Shown here: positions 38,780-52,540 of the stretch, piece by piece
Numbering within the stretch: position 1 is the stretch's first letter
How the letters are laid out: every line of letters begins with the position of its first letter
NCBI RefSeq assembly: GCF_009914755.1
Contig: NC_060935.1
Strand: one strand, 5' to 3'
Origin: the human T2T-CHM13v2.0 reference genome, Homo sapiens
DNA: 64,000 nucleotides
Made by a program: the position numbers and the translations under genes
Notes under the pieces: model-generated
Database searches by the model: none
Seen by the model: only the letters and a program-made list of their open reading frames with translations
Told to the model about the DNA's origin: nothing

Positions 38780-38985
38780 ATTGTCATTAAGCTCATAGGC
38801 TTTGGAGTTATGTAGACTTGAAATTCATATGAAATCCTAATTCTAGTCCACTTACTACACCAGTTCAGAAAAGTTACTTAATCTTTCAGAAGGCTGTTAT
38901 TAAGATTAAATAAAATAGAATGCCCTAAATACTCAGTACAGTTCCCAGGACATAGTAGGCACTTAGTTAATTGTACCTATTATTT
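38780..38985 (+). mobile_element. MIR SINE
   Basis: ggctttggagtta...aagttacttaatctttc...gattaaataaaata...catagtaggcactta. Confidence 0.6.
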
Positions 38986-40904
38986 TTATCACTATAGCAG
39001 TATAATGAGATTAAGATATTTGCTGAATATCTAATAGTTTAGGATGACAACATACCTTTGAAATTAGAGAGATCACCCAGGTGCTTATTTTAAATGTGGC
39101 ACAATTGCCACGTGTAACTGGAATAAAAACTATTTTATTCTATATCCACTCTTCAGACCCATCAGCCATAATCAGCAGATTGGTGTATTATTGAGGGATG
39201 GGAGCAGGGAGAACTAAAATATTTTCAATCAAAAAGGCATGACTTACCCCAGAGGAAAAAACAGAATAAGCTATTTGGAGTGGGAGAAAACAAAGAGGAA
39301 CTTACACTGTATGATGTGAGAGGCAGTTTTGACAGAGTATAAAATTAGTGGGTGGCGGAGAACCTTAGAGGAAGCCTTGGGTTGCCAGAGGAGGAGAACA
39401 AGACAAATAGGGCAAAGGAGATGATTCAAAGAAAAATTAAATCTTGGGAAATTCTTTTTGAGAAACAAAACATTGGTTTTTTGAGTGCTGTGTCAGTATT
39501 GCAGACTGACAGCAGTGATGTTCTTTGAGAGATGTAAGTAAAACTTGGAATTACGTTAGTTAACATTTTGTTGCAGGACTGTCCTTCTACTGCAATGCTG
39601 TGCCAGATGTGGTCCACGGAGAGTCTTGGAATATGCTTGGTTAACACATATACAAAGAGTGATATGTTTAAATATGTACTGAAGGCTTACTGGGTTTCAG
39701 AAAGGGAAGACACACTGGAACTTTTGAGGCAGTCATGGGTGAGTTTATAGCAGAGTTATTGAGCCCCTGCAGGCTCCCCAGCATTACAGTCACTGAGGAA
39801 GGTTTGACGTAGTCTGGCTGAGCTTGCACAATTTCTCCTTTAGACTTCTCCTTCTGACTAGATACTGCCACCAGTTGTTTTGTGGCACTGTGGGTTGGGG
39901 ACAGAGGTGGACATTGTAGTTGAGGGCATGGGCATCTTTAGGAGAAAAATGTATTTAGGAAATATACTTTTATTTTTAACTACTCAAAAGAAATAAAGTA
40001 GTTCATTTGCATAAAAAGCAGAAAACTAATTCTATTAAGAATAGCAATTTTTTAGGTACTAGGAATTATTATTATTATATCAATTATAGCAACAGTTACC
40101 ATGTATTGAGTAATTTAATAAATAAATATAATGATGGCCAAAGAGGATATATAACTTCCCAAAGGCAGCAAAACTAAATAAGTTGTAAAACTGGGTTTAA
40201 AATTTATGTTTTGTTTTCAAAGTACTTAACCATCATTCTATATTAACTTACATTCTATAAACCACCATTCTATATTACCACTATAAATATATACTGTATT
40301 TATAGTATATAATAAATAGATTCTGTAAGGTAAAAGATATAAAGAGGAAAAAAATTCTAATGCATACCCTTACTCCCAGACATAACTGCTGATAATATTT
40401 TGAGGTAACTGTATTTTCTTTCCTATTTTTCTTTGCTTCCTTTAATCTTTTTCAGTCATTTTTAATTATGCTGTTTTGCTTCTCTCTAAGCTTGCTCTCA
40501 ATGAAATATAATAGAACAAGTCCTAATTTTCAAATACCAGGAGAAAATACCTTGTTATTTCCTCTAAATCACCAAATGATGACAGGGGGCCTTCAATCTA
40601 CTTGTTCTGCCTTTTCTCTAAATCAGTCTGTTTGTTCTCTGACCTCCCTGAAACCACAAATCTCTGAATTACTCTTCTCTGCTCAGTGTCTGAGCTGCCT
40701 GTGCCACTAACTGCAGGTTCTCCCGTTGAACACATTGAATTAATCTCTCTACTCTGCCATATGAGTTAAGTGGCTTAACAACCTGACTTTTTAATAAAGC
40801 TAGACACACAGACCCCTCATTTCAACAAGACAAGTCATGAAATGCAATATTTACAAGTTAATCCCAATGACTTTGTTTACAGTTTCCCTAAAAAAACTAC
40901 ATGA

Positions 40905-41120
40905 GTTTTGAGGCACTGTGTGGGAACTAAATGGATCTGAATTTTGATCCCAGCCCTACACTCATCTAGCTGTGAAAATTACTTTACCTCGCTAAGCCTG
41001 AAATTTTATTACCTGGAAAATGAGGATAACCAAAAAATGGAAATTAATTTTTCAGGGCTGCTATGGGATTAAATTATAGACTGTATATAAAATACCTAGA
41101 AACAATTAGTGTTTAAGAGA
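40905..41120 (+). mobile_element. MIR SINE
   Basis: gatcccagccctacactcatctagctgtg...cctggaaaatgaggataa. Confidence 0.6.
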
Positions 41121-43988
41121 AGTGAGTTCCCTCATCTCTAAAAATTATGTTGTGAATTAAATGTATTATCTTTTTTAAAAAATTAAAATAGTGTCATGAT
41201 ATCGAGAATAAAAATATGTACATCAAGGGATATTGAAGCATCATGGAGCTGTAATGATATATTACTATATTTTAAATAATTTAAGATTTTCTTCTTACTA
41301 AAAGCAATTAAGCATATGTAAAACTACAGAATGAACTTAGCACTTTCAAGATTCATGGTAAATGAATATCATGAAATAGCTAATTCAATATTTTATGCTT
41401 TAATTACAAAATTATTTTTATCAGAGCATATCATCAAATATAACTTTCAGCCACATAAACAGAGCTAAACATCATTAATCTGTCTTAACTATTCTTATAA
41501 TGATATGCCTGTAGCTACATATTAGCTCATTTCCCGAGTACAGTTAAGAAAAATAGTAAAGGAAGCAAAATGATGGGGTCACATAAATTCCACCCAGTAA
41601 GACAAAATAAGACACAGACCTGCAGTCACAGAAAATGGGAATGGAGTAGGAAACAAATACAAACAGCAAGGTTATTTTTTAAACAGGGAGGTTAGTGGAA
41701 GGGGGAGGGAGGAATAATAATAAAGCAACACATTCTTCTTCTTATATACAAAAATGATATGTCAGATCAGTAATCCCAGCTATTCTTCTGCTGTGTGTAT
41801 TTGCGGATTTGTCCTTTTAAAACATATATAAGGAACAATAATTAAGTAAGTAGAAAGGGTTCAAATCATGGGTTCAGAAGAGATAAAAGGGCAGCAAAGC
41901 TCAACAAATAGACAAATAACAAAGAGGGAAAGAGTCTGTGGACACCTAACACTTAGATATTGTATTTTTCTTTGACAAACTTTGGCTGTGGTGTCATTTT
42001 GACCCACCTTAACCAAATAAAAGCAGCAGCAGATCAATTCACTGCAACACTAGAAAGCAGTACCCCCAGGTGAGTCATATGGGACACCTTCATGCTTAAC
42101 CTGGCAGGTGAGGAGACCGAAACTTGCAGCATAAATGTAAAGGCTCATCGATCGAGTTCTCCAGGAAGATGCAATGACCCAAGGAAGAGGCTGGCAGGGC
42201 CCACCTCGCTCAGCTCAAGATGATTTCCCTCCCCAGCTCTCAGCTGATGTTCCCCCTTCATATTCTTGGTACTTCTGATACCAGCACAGGATATTTGCTG
42301 AGAGAGTGGTTCTGCCGCATGATATGGGTTGTGCCATTCATCCTACCGGCATCTGGGTGACAAGTGTGGTAATTAAGAATGGAAGAAATGCCAGTAGCAA
42401 GAGCAGATGGGAGTAAAAGACTGATTACTGGGCTAAGCAGTGGCTTGCCTTTCTGGCGAGGGCCTCTGCAGTGTCCAGGAGTTTGGCTTGTAATCAGGTG
42501 TGAGCAGAAGAGGCCACAGATAAATAAATGTCTCCTTTGGGGCAGATATACGATCTGTATTGCTCATTGTGGGGTGCAGTCCAGGCTGCTCTCATACCCC
42601 TGTGAATAGATGGCTCACAATAAAAGCTTAGCATTTGAGGTGAGATAACAGTGTGCAGGCTGCAGAAAGGAACATTTACTATGTAACCAGAACCTACAAT
42701 GAGCCTCAAGGTGCTTTCTCCGGAGATATAGTAGTTCTGCACCCATGTCACAGCACAAACAAAAATGAGGAAAATTAGAAAACAGAAATCCAAAGAAAAC
42801 GACCTCCCAGTGCTCCTGAAAACATCAAATACTTCAAAGGAAAGGAAAACACTTGAAAGGGTGTCAGAACTGTTTTCTCACTTGGGAAAAGAGCATATAC
42901 TCAAGCCGAATATTAAAGTTTCAGGGAAGAAGGGACCAAATTTTACTTTGTTTTCTCTCTCTTCTCACCGTTTCTCAGCTTTAGTCTGAATTCAGTGGAG
43001 GAGAAATTTACTGCATGTTAAACAGAATCTCTTTTCTCTGTCAAGTTGTAAATTGCTTTGAATAGCTTTTCATGATTTTTAATTTCACCAACATGAAATT
43101 GGTCATTATTTACGGCTTATCACACCAGAGACAAGATTTCTGGATATACACGCTAATTTAGATGTAAAATAATTTATCCGCAAATAAAGATTTTCTTCCT
43201 AATTATGGGGAGATTTATCTTGGCTCTTTCAGGGTCTTACAAATAAAATGAATCCAAATAAGATTTTGTTTATTCAAATCTTAAGGAATCTAGAGCTAGA
43301 AAACAGTGCAATTCATAATAAGGTCTTTGATGTATACAGATTAATTCATTTACAGATTACAGGAAAACTGTATGAAATATGGATTCACTCAGAACATGAA
43401 CATACCTTCCACCTAGGAACTGAGCTTAACATTGTCTGCAGGCAAGGGGATCAAAGGTCCTGGGCCTCTGGTACATTGTAGGTCATGTATTTGGTTTAAA
43501 GGAAGTTATTAGTGTAAATTCAGGAGGAAGAAATAAACTATGAAACATGGCATTTTCTTTCTGGCTGGCAATAAGTGGCCAGATTTTATTATAAAATTTG
43601 GCTGTCACCATGGGCCAGAGCTGGGTAGCAGTCAATGAATGTCATGCAGAGCACTGTGATTCTTCTTGCTGTTCAGATACAGCTTTCCCACAACATGACT
43701 TGTTAATAGAAAATTGGAACCTATGCATGCCATTAAACAAACACAGAATGGTGGCAGCTTACTTATAAGCACCTAGGTATTAAAATATTTAAGGCTTCAA
43801 AGAAAATGTCCCCAATGTCAGCTTCCCTAAAAATAGGAGATTCTATATTTATCCACACCCATAGATTTCTTCTTTGCAGTTAGAGAGGATAGAAGATTTT
43901 TAGATTCGTGCCTGTCAGTCTAAAAAGCTTCAGGAAAGCATTATTCATTGTCACAACTTGATGAGATCTGCAGCATTGTCTAATTGTG

Positions 43989-45186
43989 TGTATTAGTCCG
44001 TTTTAGAACTGCCCAAGCAAAAGATATGAACAGACACTTCTCAAAAGAAGACATTTATGCAGCCAACAGACACATGAAAAAATACTCATCATCACTGGTC
44101 ATCAGAGAAATGCAAATCAAAACCACAGTGAGATACCATCTCATGCCAGTAAGAATGGCGATCATTAAAAAGTCAGGAAACAACAGATGCTGGAGAGGAT
44201 GTGGAGAAATACAAGCACTTTTATACTGTTAGTGGGAGTGCAAATTAGTTCAACCATTGTGGAAGACAGTGTGGTGATTCCTCAAGGATCCAGAACTAGA
44301 AATACCATTTGACCCAGCGATCCCATTACTGGGTATATACCCAAAGGATTATAAATCGTATTACTATAAAGACACATGCACACATATGTTTATTGTGGCA
44401 CTATTCACAATATCAAAGACTTGGAACCAACCCAAATGTCCATCAGTGATAGACTGGATTAAGAAAATGTGGCACATATACACCATGGAATACTATGCAG
44501 CCATAAAAAAGGATGAGTCCATGTCCTTTGCAGGGACATGAATGAAGCTGAAAACCATCATTCTCAGAAACTATCACAAGGACAGAAAACCAAACACCAC
44601 ATGTTCTCACTCACAGGTGGGAATTGAACAATGAGAACACTTGGACATAGGGCAGGGAACATCACACACCAGGGCCTGTTGGGGAGTAGGGGACAGGGGG
44701 AGGGATAACGTTAGGAGAAATACCTAATGTAAATGACAAGTTGATGGGTGCAGCAAACCAACATGGCACATGTATACCTATATAACACACCTGCACATTG
44801 TGCACATGTACCCTTAGAACTTAAAGTATAATAATAATAAAAAAAGAACTGCCCAAGGCTGGGTAATTTATAGAGAAACAGTCTTCACCTGACTCACAGT
44901 TCAGCATGGCTGGGGAGACCTCAGAAAACTTACAATCACGGCAGAAGGCAAAGGGGAAGCAAGGCTCCTTCTTCACAAGGCAGCAGGAAGGAGAAGTGCC
45001 AAGTGAAAGGGAAAGAGCCCCTTATAAAACCATCAAATCTTGTGATACTTCTCTCACTATCATGAGAATAACGTGGGGGAAATTTCCTCCACCTTGTCTC
45101 TCCCTTGACATATGGGGATTATAGGGATTATTGGGATTGCAATTCAAGATGAGATTTGGGTGGATGCACAAAGCCTAACCATATCA
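43989..45186 (-). mobile_element. THE1D/MST-type MaLR solo LTR, interrupted by L1
   Basis: tgtattagtccg...accatatca ends; perfect TSD TTGTG at 43984-43988 and 45187-45191. Confidence 0.92.
44018..44844 (+). mobile_element. 5'-truncated L1PA5/6-like LINE-1 nested in the THE1 LTR
   Basis: ORF2 C-terminus ([19 protein letters not shown]), 3'UTR and A-tail; perfect TSD AGAACTGCCCAAG at 44005-44017 and 44845-44857. Confidence 0.95.
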
Positions 45187-45239
45187 TTGTGAAAATAATT
45201 TTAAATGAGAATAAAAGGATAAATTTGCCATTTAGTGGT

Positions 45240-45490
45240 AGCTCACATTTATTGAAAACATACTATATTCTAGGTACTGTGCTAAGAACTTCATATATAT
45301 TGTCATACTTAATCATTAACCATTTAAATAACATCATATGGTTAGAATTATTTTTATCTTTATTCTATAGATGAAAAACAGAACAGACAAGTTAGGCAAT
45401 TTGTTAGGTAACACAATAAGTGATGGAACTGGGGCTGGAATCCAGGTAGCCCCATTAGAGAGCCCATACACTTATTTCTGTGCATACTAC
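45240..45490 (-). mobile_element. MIR SINE
   Basis: catttattgaaaacatactat...ctatagatgaaaaaca...ggctggaatccagg. Confidence 0.65.
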
Positions 45491-45892
45491 CTCTAAAACT
45501 TAATCGAATTGAGGTTATATATTAGTAGATTTAAATTATCTGATTGTATCACCCAATACACATCTGTTAAGGAAACTCCTTACATTATACAAAAATATAC
45601 ATATACCAAGAAATGATGGTAATGTGCAATATCCCTTCCCCCGCAAAGAAACCAAACTCTACTTGACAAATTCATCCCCAGACATGGGGCTCTTGACTTG
45701 AGGTCCAGAAATGGTATTTAGGAGTTTATGAATTCCAGGAGTTATATGCAGAATTGAGGTCGATAACTTTCTTCATGCTCTCAGAGAGCTTCAGGATTCT
45801 ACAATGGTAAATAGCCTCCAGCTGGGTCACCTGGGAAATTTGAAAAAGTGAAGAGGAAAAAGGGCACTTGAAGGTCCTAGAAGCTGCACTGG

Positions 45893-48186
45893 TGTATTAG
45901 TCCACTTTCACACTGCTGATAAAGACATACCTGAGACTGGGCAATTTACAAAAGAAAGAGATTTAATTGGACTTACAGTTCCATGTGGCTGGGGAAGCCT
46001 CACAATCATGGCAGAAGGCAAAGATGAACAAGTCACATCTTACATGGATGGCAGCAGGCAAAGAGAGAGAGAGAACTTGTTCAGGGGAACTCCTCTTTTT
46101 AAAATCATCAGGTCTCAAGAGACTTATTTGCTATCACGAGAAAAACATGGGAAAGACTTTCCCCCGTGATTCAATTACCTCCCACCGAGTCCCTCCCACA
46201 ATACATGGGAATTCAAGATGAGATTTGGGTGGGGACACAGTCAAACCATATCATTCCACACTTGGGCCCTCCCAAATCTCATATCCTCACATTTCAAAAC
46301 CAATCATACCTTCCCAACAGTCCCCCAAGGTCTTAAAGCATTTCAGAACTAACTCAAAAGTCTGCAGTCCAAAGTCTCATCTGAGACAAGACAAGTTCCT
46401 TCCACCTATGAGACTGTAAAATCAAAAGCAGGTTAGTTACTTCCTAGATACATTGGGGGTACAGGCATTGGATAAATATAGCCATTCAAAACGGGAGAAA
46501 TTAGCCCAACAAAAGGGGGCTGCAAGCCCCATGCAAGTCTGAAATCCAGCAGGGCAGTCAAATCTTAAAGCTCCAAAGTTGTCTCCTTTGACTTCCACAT
46601 CTCACTTCCAGGTCATGCTAATGCAAGAGGTGGGTTCCCATGGTCTTGGGCAGCTCTGCCCCTGTGGCTTTGCAGGGTATAGCCTCCCTCCCAGCTGCTC
46701 TCATGGGCTGGCATTGAGTGTCTGCAGCTTTTCCATGTGCACAGTGCAAGCTGTCAGTGGATCTATCTACCATTCTGGGATCTGGAGGACGGTGGCCCTC
46801 TTCTCACAGCTCCACTAGGTGGTGCTTCAGTAGGGACTCTATCTGGAGGCTGCAACCCCACATTTCCTTTCTGCACTGCCCTAGCAGAGGTTCTCCATGA
46901 GAGCCCCACCCCTGCAGCAAACTTCTACCTGGACATGAAGGTGTTCCCATAAACTTCTGAAATCTAGTCGAAGGTTCCCAAACCTCAATTCTTGAATTCT
47001 GTACACTCACAGGCCCAACACCAAGTGGAAGCTGCTAAGGCTTGAGGCTTGCACCATCTGAAGCCACAGCCCAAGCTCTATTTTGGCCTCTTTCAGCCCT
47101 GGCTTGAGTGGCTGGGACATAGGGCACCAAGTCCCTAGGCTGCACACAACACAGGGACCCTGGGCCTGGCCCACAAAACCACTTTTTCCTCCTAGGCCTC
47201 CAGGCCTCTGATGGGAGGGGCTGCCATGAAGACCTCTGACATGACCTGGAGACATTTTCCTCATTGTCTTGGGGATTAACATTCGGCTCCTCATTACTTA
47301 TGCAAATGTCTGCAGCCAGCTTGGATTTCTCCTCAGAAAACGGGATTGTCTTTTCTATCACATTGTCAGGTTGCAAACTTTCCAAACTTTTATGTTCTGC
47401 TTCCCTTGTAAAACTGAATGCTTTTAACAGCACCCAAGTCACCTCTTGAATGCTTTGCTGCTTAGAAATTTCGTCCACCAGAAAACCTAAATCATCTCTC
47501 TCAAGTTCAAAGTTTCACAAATCTCTAGGGCAGGGGCAAAATGCCACCAGTCTTTTTGTTAAAACATAAAGAGAGTCACCTTTGCTCTAGTTCCCAACAA
47601 GTTCCTCATCTTCATCTGAGACCACCTCAGCCTGGACCTTATTGTGCATATCACTATCAGCATTTTTGTCAAAGCCATTCAACAAGTCTCTAGGAAGTTC
47701 CAAACTTTCCCACATTTTCCTGTCTTCTTCTGAACCCTCCAAACTCTTCCAACCTCTGCCTGTTACCCAGTTCCAAAGTCGCTTCCACATTTTCAGGTAA
47801 CTTTTCAGAATCACCCCACTCCCGGTAGCAATCTGCTGTATTACTCCGTTTTCACACTGCTGATAAAGACATACCCGAGACTGGGCAATTTACAAAAGAG
47901 ATTTAATTGGACTTAGAGTTCTACGTGGCTGGGGAAGCCTCACAATCATGGCAAAAGGCAAGAAAAAGCAAGTCACGTCTTACATGGAAGGTAAAAGGGA
48001 AAGAGAGAGAATTCATGCAAGGGAACTCCTCTTTTTAAAACCATCAGATCTCTGAGACTTACTCACTATCAGGAGAACAGCAGAGGAAAGATTTGCCCAT
48101 GATTCAATTACCTCCCACTGGGTTCCTCCCACCATACATGAGAATTCAAGATGAGATTTGGGTGGGGACACAGCCAAACCATATCA
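45893..48186 (-). mobile_element. Complete THE1 (THE1B-like) MaLR element: LTR 47837-48186, internal 46254-47836, LTR 45893-46253
   Basis: Two ~355-bp LTRs, ~1.58-kb internal region, perfect TSD ACTGG at 45888-45892 and 48187-48191; broken internal ORF pieces (47035-47478, 47587-47814). Confidence 0.96.
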
Positions 48187-49833
48187 ACTGGTGACCTCCA
48201 TAAAGAGGATACAAAATAGCTGACCACTACTTCCCTGCAGAGGTTGTAGAGATATTACAATAGCTCATGCTTGCTTGGTATTGCCCAAGTCTCAGGCACT
48301 AAGCACTTTATATTTGTTAACCTGATTAACCCAGGCAGTCAGGTGTCAGAACCTCAATCTCTAAACCACTTTAGAATACTGCCTTGTGCTGATAAGGAGT
48401 TGACAGTGGGTGATGAAGAAGGGGAGAGGGAAATGAGTTATCAACTGATGATGATCAGTTACTGGGATCATTTGGCTTGATCATTGCCTCACCCTCCCCA
48501 GAGAGAGAGAAAGATTTATGCTCCTGGAAAACATTGTTGTCAAGTGGCAGCTAAAGGGCTGGCTGGGCTTATGGGAAGGCTGGAACTTGCAAATGAAGCA
48601 TGGCAGCACAAGGGAGAGAAAAATAAGGGCCTGCTAAGGAAAAAGTGGGAATGGATAGGTGGAAATAGACTAGTTGGGAAATGTAACCTCAATGAAAACC
48701 AAGATTGAAACAAGTGTGTTTCAAATAATCACTGTAGATTTAGGCCTGAAGGCAAATGAGCCTGATTGAAGGTTTAAAGGAGGATGCAATCTCAGGTCGT
48801 GCTGAGAATGGGGTGAAGTGGAGGGAGGGATGCAGGAGTCCAGAGCAGAGTGATGGAGATGCTCTTGTTCAGAGGCCAGGGAGAATTTCTGGCAATTACA
48901 TATTACGACATTTGCTCCCACAAACAGGTGATTCAAGAGCCACTTTCAAGAAGCCAGGAAATCCTCATATCTGGATGCAGGGATTCATCAGCACTAAGAA
49001 GCACCTGGCATATAAGCTGTTGTGTCTGATTTCTGTAGCCAACTGAAGACTGGTTACTTGCATGCTACTGTGCCTGTAAATGCAGTGACCTACCCAAGGT
49101 CACAAAGCCAATGTGTGATAGTGATATGGAGATTTGAACTGAGATGTCTCTGTCTCCAAAGTCTACATTCTGCCCTTGATACATCAATTCAAATGAGTCC
49201 TGGCTTCTATTAAATGTCAAAAGAGCACCCAACAGAAATATACAAAGCTATTTACACCAAAATAGTCATTATTGATCAGTATTGATCAGCCATTTCACAG
49301 TGTCTCAGCACTACCTATTTTCAAACCCCTGGGTGCTTAATAACAGTAAGTTTGGTGCTACTAATACATGTCTCATTTTGATTGTTTCTTGACTATTTTC
49401 TTCTAATGTCATTTAATTCTTTCCTTCTCCCTACTTTTGTAATCAGTTGTGTCATTAAACACAAAAACTCTTTACAGAGACGATTTACTACTATGGAATT
49501 TCAATTATACAATTATCACATAAAAAATCATCATGTGGCTCTTAAGGAATGGATATCTTTTTAAATTCTAATACAAATTTTAAGGAAAATGTATTATCAA
49601 AAAAAATCCAATTTCTTCCCTGGAGAAGTCTTCTCCTTAAGGTCCTCACACAGTCCTTATAGGCACAGTTTTCCAGTAAGCCCTGGAATAGCTCTTCTGA
49701 TGAGCTTCACAGATTTATTAGCTTCTTTTTAGATTGGGTACACCATAGGTAGAGTTTTACATGAATGTGGCATGTAACTTCTATTCTGCCACATATTTTC
49801 CCTTTATTTTCTTCATTTCAAATGGTATATCAG

Positions 49834-49836
<3 letters not shown>

Positions 49837-49868
<32 letters not shown>
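49837..49868. repeat. (AC)n microsatellite
   Basis: Read directly. Confidence 0.95.
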
Positions 49869-49871
<3 letters not shown>

Positions 49872-49873
<2 letters not shown>

Positions 49874-50430
49874 GTAAATTGTCCCTTAATGTCATTGATA
49901 GATTCTTGGGAACTGCAACTTAGGCAAAACGACATATAATTAAACCAAATTTTACCATAGGCTAATTGATGTAAACAAGAGTTAAGTTTCTATGGCATAT
50001 AAACTAATCATAAAATCACCAAATTTTTAAAAACCAAAACACTTCTAATATTAAACATTGAAGTAAATGTGAGCTATATATACATTTAAGAAAGATGAGT
50101 AAAAACAAGATAAGGATTTACTCAATTGTTCCAGTTCAAGGCTGTGAGTAGCCAGAGCCTATCCTGGTAGTTCAGGGGATAAGGTAGGACCAGCCCTGAA
50201 CAGGACACCATCCCATCTCACACACACCCCCACTCCCCAGACTGGAACCATGTAGACACACCAATTAATTTGACGTGCACATTTTTGGGATGGGAGAGAA
50301 AACCAGAGTACCAGAAGAAAACCCATGTTCACATGGGGAGAACATGCAAACTCCACACAGTGGCCCCAGTGGGAATTGATTTTTTTATTGATGTTATAAT
50401 GAAATGATGTTAAATAAAATGACATTATTC
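49872..50430 (+). mobile_element. MER6A-like TcMar-Tigger fossil
   Basis: ta|cagtaa start; ccaaattttaccataggctaattgat; ggagagaaaaccagagtaccagaagaaaacccatg...gaacatgcaaactccacacag; right terminus missing. Confidence 0.85.
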
Positions 50431-50462
50431 TATGAATATACATATGTGTGTGAAGATGTGTG

Positions 50463-50819
50463 TGTATGAGTTCATTCTCATGCTGCAAATAAAGACATAC
50501 CCGAGACTGGGTAATAAAGAAAAGAGGTTTAATGGACTCAAATTTCCACATGGCTGGAGAGGCCTCACAATCATGGTGGAAGACGAAGGAAGAGCAAAGG
50601 ACTGTCTTACACGGTGGCAGGCAAGAGAAAGCTTGTGCAGGGGAACTCCCATTTATGAAACCATCAGATCCCATAAAATTTATTCACTACCATGATAACT
50701 GCACAGAAAAGAGCTGCCCCCCATGATTCAATTACCTCCCACCAGATTCCTCCCATGACATAGGGGGATTATTACAATTCAGGGTGAGATTTAGGTGGGG
50801 ACACAGCCAAACCATATCA
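50463..50819 (-). mobile_element. THE1C-like solo LTR
   Basis: tgtatgagttcattctcatgctgc...cagccaaaccatatca; TSD (G/A)TGTG. Confidence 0.92.
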
Positions 50820-50839
50820 ATGTGTGTTCATATACATGC

Positions 50840-51720
50840 ATTTTTAAATGTTAGATAAAAGAGAAACAAAAATAAATCATCTATAATCCACCTGTCTACT
50901 GTGACCACCATTATGCATGTGGTGCCTCCTTTTTCCTTCTTGCCTAGTTTTTCAATTTGCTTATAGTAACACTAGATATTTACTGTTTGCTTTTACCTAT
51001 TATGTTATAGTCTAAGTATTTTTTCACATTAATATATAATCTTCAAAGCCAGTATTTAAGGATCATATACTATGTTAAATGATTTATCATAATTACCTAC
51101 TGAAGCCTCCACTTTATACAAGTTAGGTTATTTCTATTTTTATACTATAAACAATGTTACAAATATCTTCATGTACATGGATTTTTTAATATTTTGGCTT
51201 TATTTTTTCAGTTAATTATTCTAGAAATTGAAACAAAGAGTTAAAGGGCAAAAATCTTTTTATGCTGCTTACTATTACCGGGAAATAAAGGTTGCTATGA
51301 AAAACGGCCAGTGAGTTAAAGCTCACAGGAACCAGGATAAACGGTATGAATGTGTGATATAACAGAAAGAAATAATGCATTTGATAATAGGAATACAGGA
51401 TGTTCACTACTGTGTGTGCATAAAGGCTAACTTGTGCTGAACTGTTTTGTGCAATACGATAAAGTTATAAATACAGTGAAAGGATGTCATACATAAGAGC
51501 CCTAACAGAAAAATAGCAGTAAATTGCTTTCCTAAAGTGTTGTACCAATTTACAATTATCTCCAGAAATGAATGATGGTGGCAGTATTTTAGAACCGTTA
51601 CAAGAATTATATAGTATCATTTTTTAAACCTTTGATAATTTAATGAGAACTACTGTTTTCATTTGCATTGATTTTATAGGTCAGCTGAACTTTTAACTAC
51701 ATATTGTTTTCAAAACACAT
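50840..51720 (-). mobile_element. L1ME-type fragment with an internal ~230-bp insert
   Basis: ttaggttatttctattttt...aaattgctttcctaaagtgttgtaccaatttaca...atttgcatt. Confidence 0.55.
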
Positions 51721-52397
51721 GTTTATTGGTATTCTGCCATTGATTTTTTTCTAGGTGCATTCCTCTTAGAATCTACTTCTGCCCAGGCTCCCTCAAGTTA
51801 AACAAGAACCCATATTTCTAACCTTCAAGGGCTTTACTCTTATCTATGGTGATGTTTACATTTTATTTACATTGTCACCTCCTCACAGCATAGATCTTTT
51901 CTCTGGGTGTTTTGCAAACTGTTGCATAACACTTGTGATGCTTTATAAATAATAAATAATAAAAGTCCTGTAGCCCTCTTCCAGCAGCCTTTGATCAAGG
52001 TCATCTTTCAACTGACTTCACATGAGCAGACATGAAAAAGAAAAAGAAGGAACCTTCTTCTTGATGGTTTGGCTTTTTATCTGCAATGATCAACCAGGTT
52101 GCTGACAAGTAGGTGTCCAAAACACACCCCATACCAGCTCACAGTGAAACTTAATGTTCCTGGTGGATTCTTAGTTCAAGCAAAGCTCTGCATATCCAGG
52201 ATGGCTGTTGTGAGATCACTCTTGAGTAGGTTAAAGGATGATATCCCTTGGTCTTGCCTCTTTATCAGGAAACCTTCATAATTTAAGAAGGTTCATATGT
52301 GTGGATGTCTCTGATCTCAGCTACTGCAGGTGGAAAGGGAACTGAAAAAGTGTTTAGGTTTTACTGTCAATTCTTCCACAACAGAGTTTGATCATAA

Positions 52398-52540
52398 CTA
52401 CTTGATGTGATGGATAGGTTAATTAGCCTGATTGCAGTAATCATTTTACAACATATATGTATATCAAACATCATGTTTCATACCTTAAATATTGCACACA
52501 ATTTTTACTTGTCAGGTATGCCTCAATAAAGCTGAAAAAA
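52398..52540 (+). mobile_element. L1MA/L1MB 3' end
   Basis: gtgatggataggttaattagcctgattg...cctcaataaagctgaaaaaa. Confidence 0.8.

Noticed and set aside
40230-40306. CATTCTATA x3 and a 10-bp AT-rich stem
   Set aside because: Low-complexity AT-rich context; plausible by slippage.
47035-47814. 147-aa and 75-aa ORFs
   Set aside because: Disrupted THE1 internal ORF remnants.
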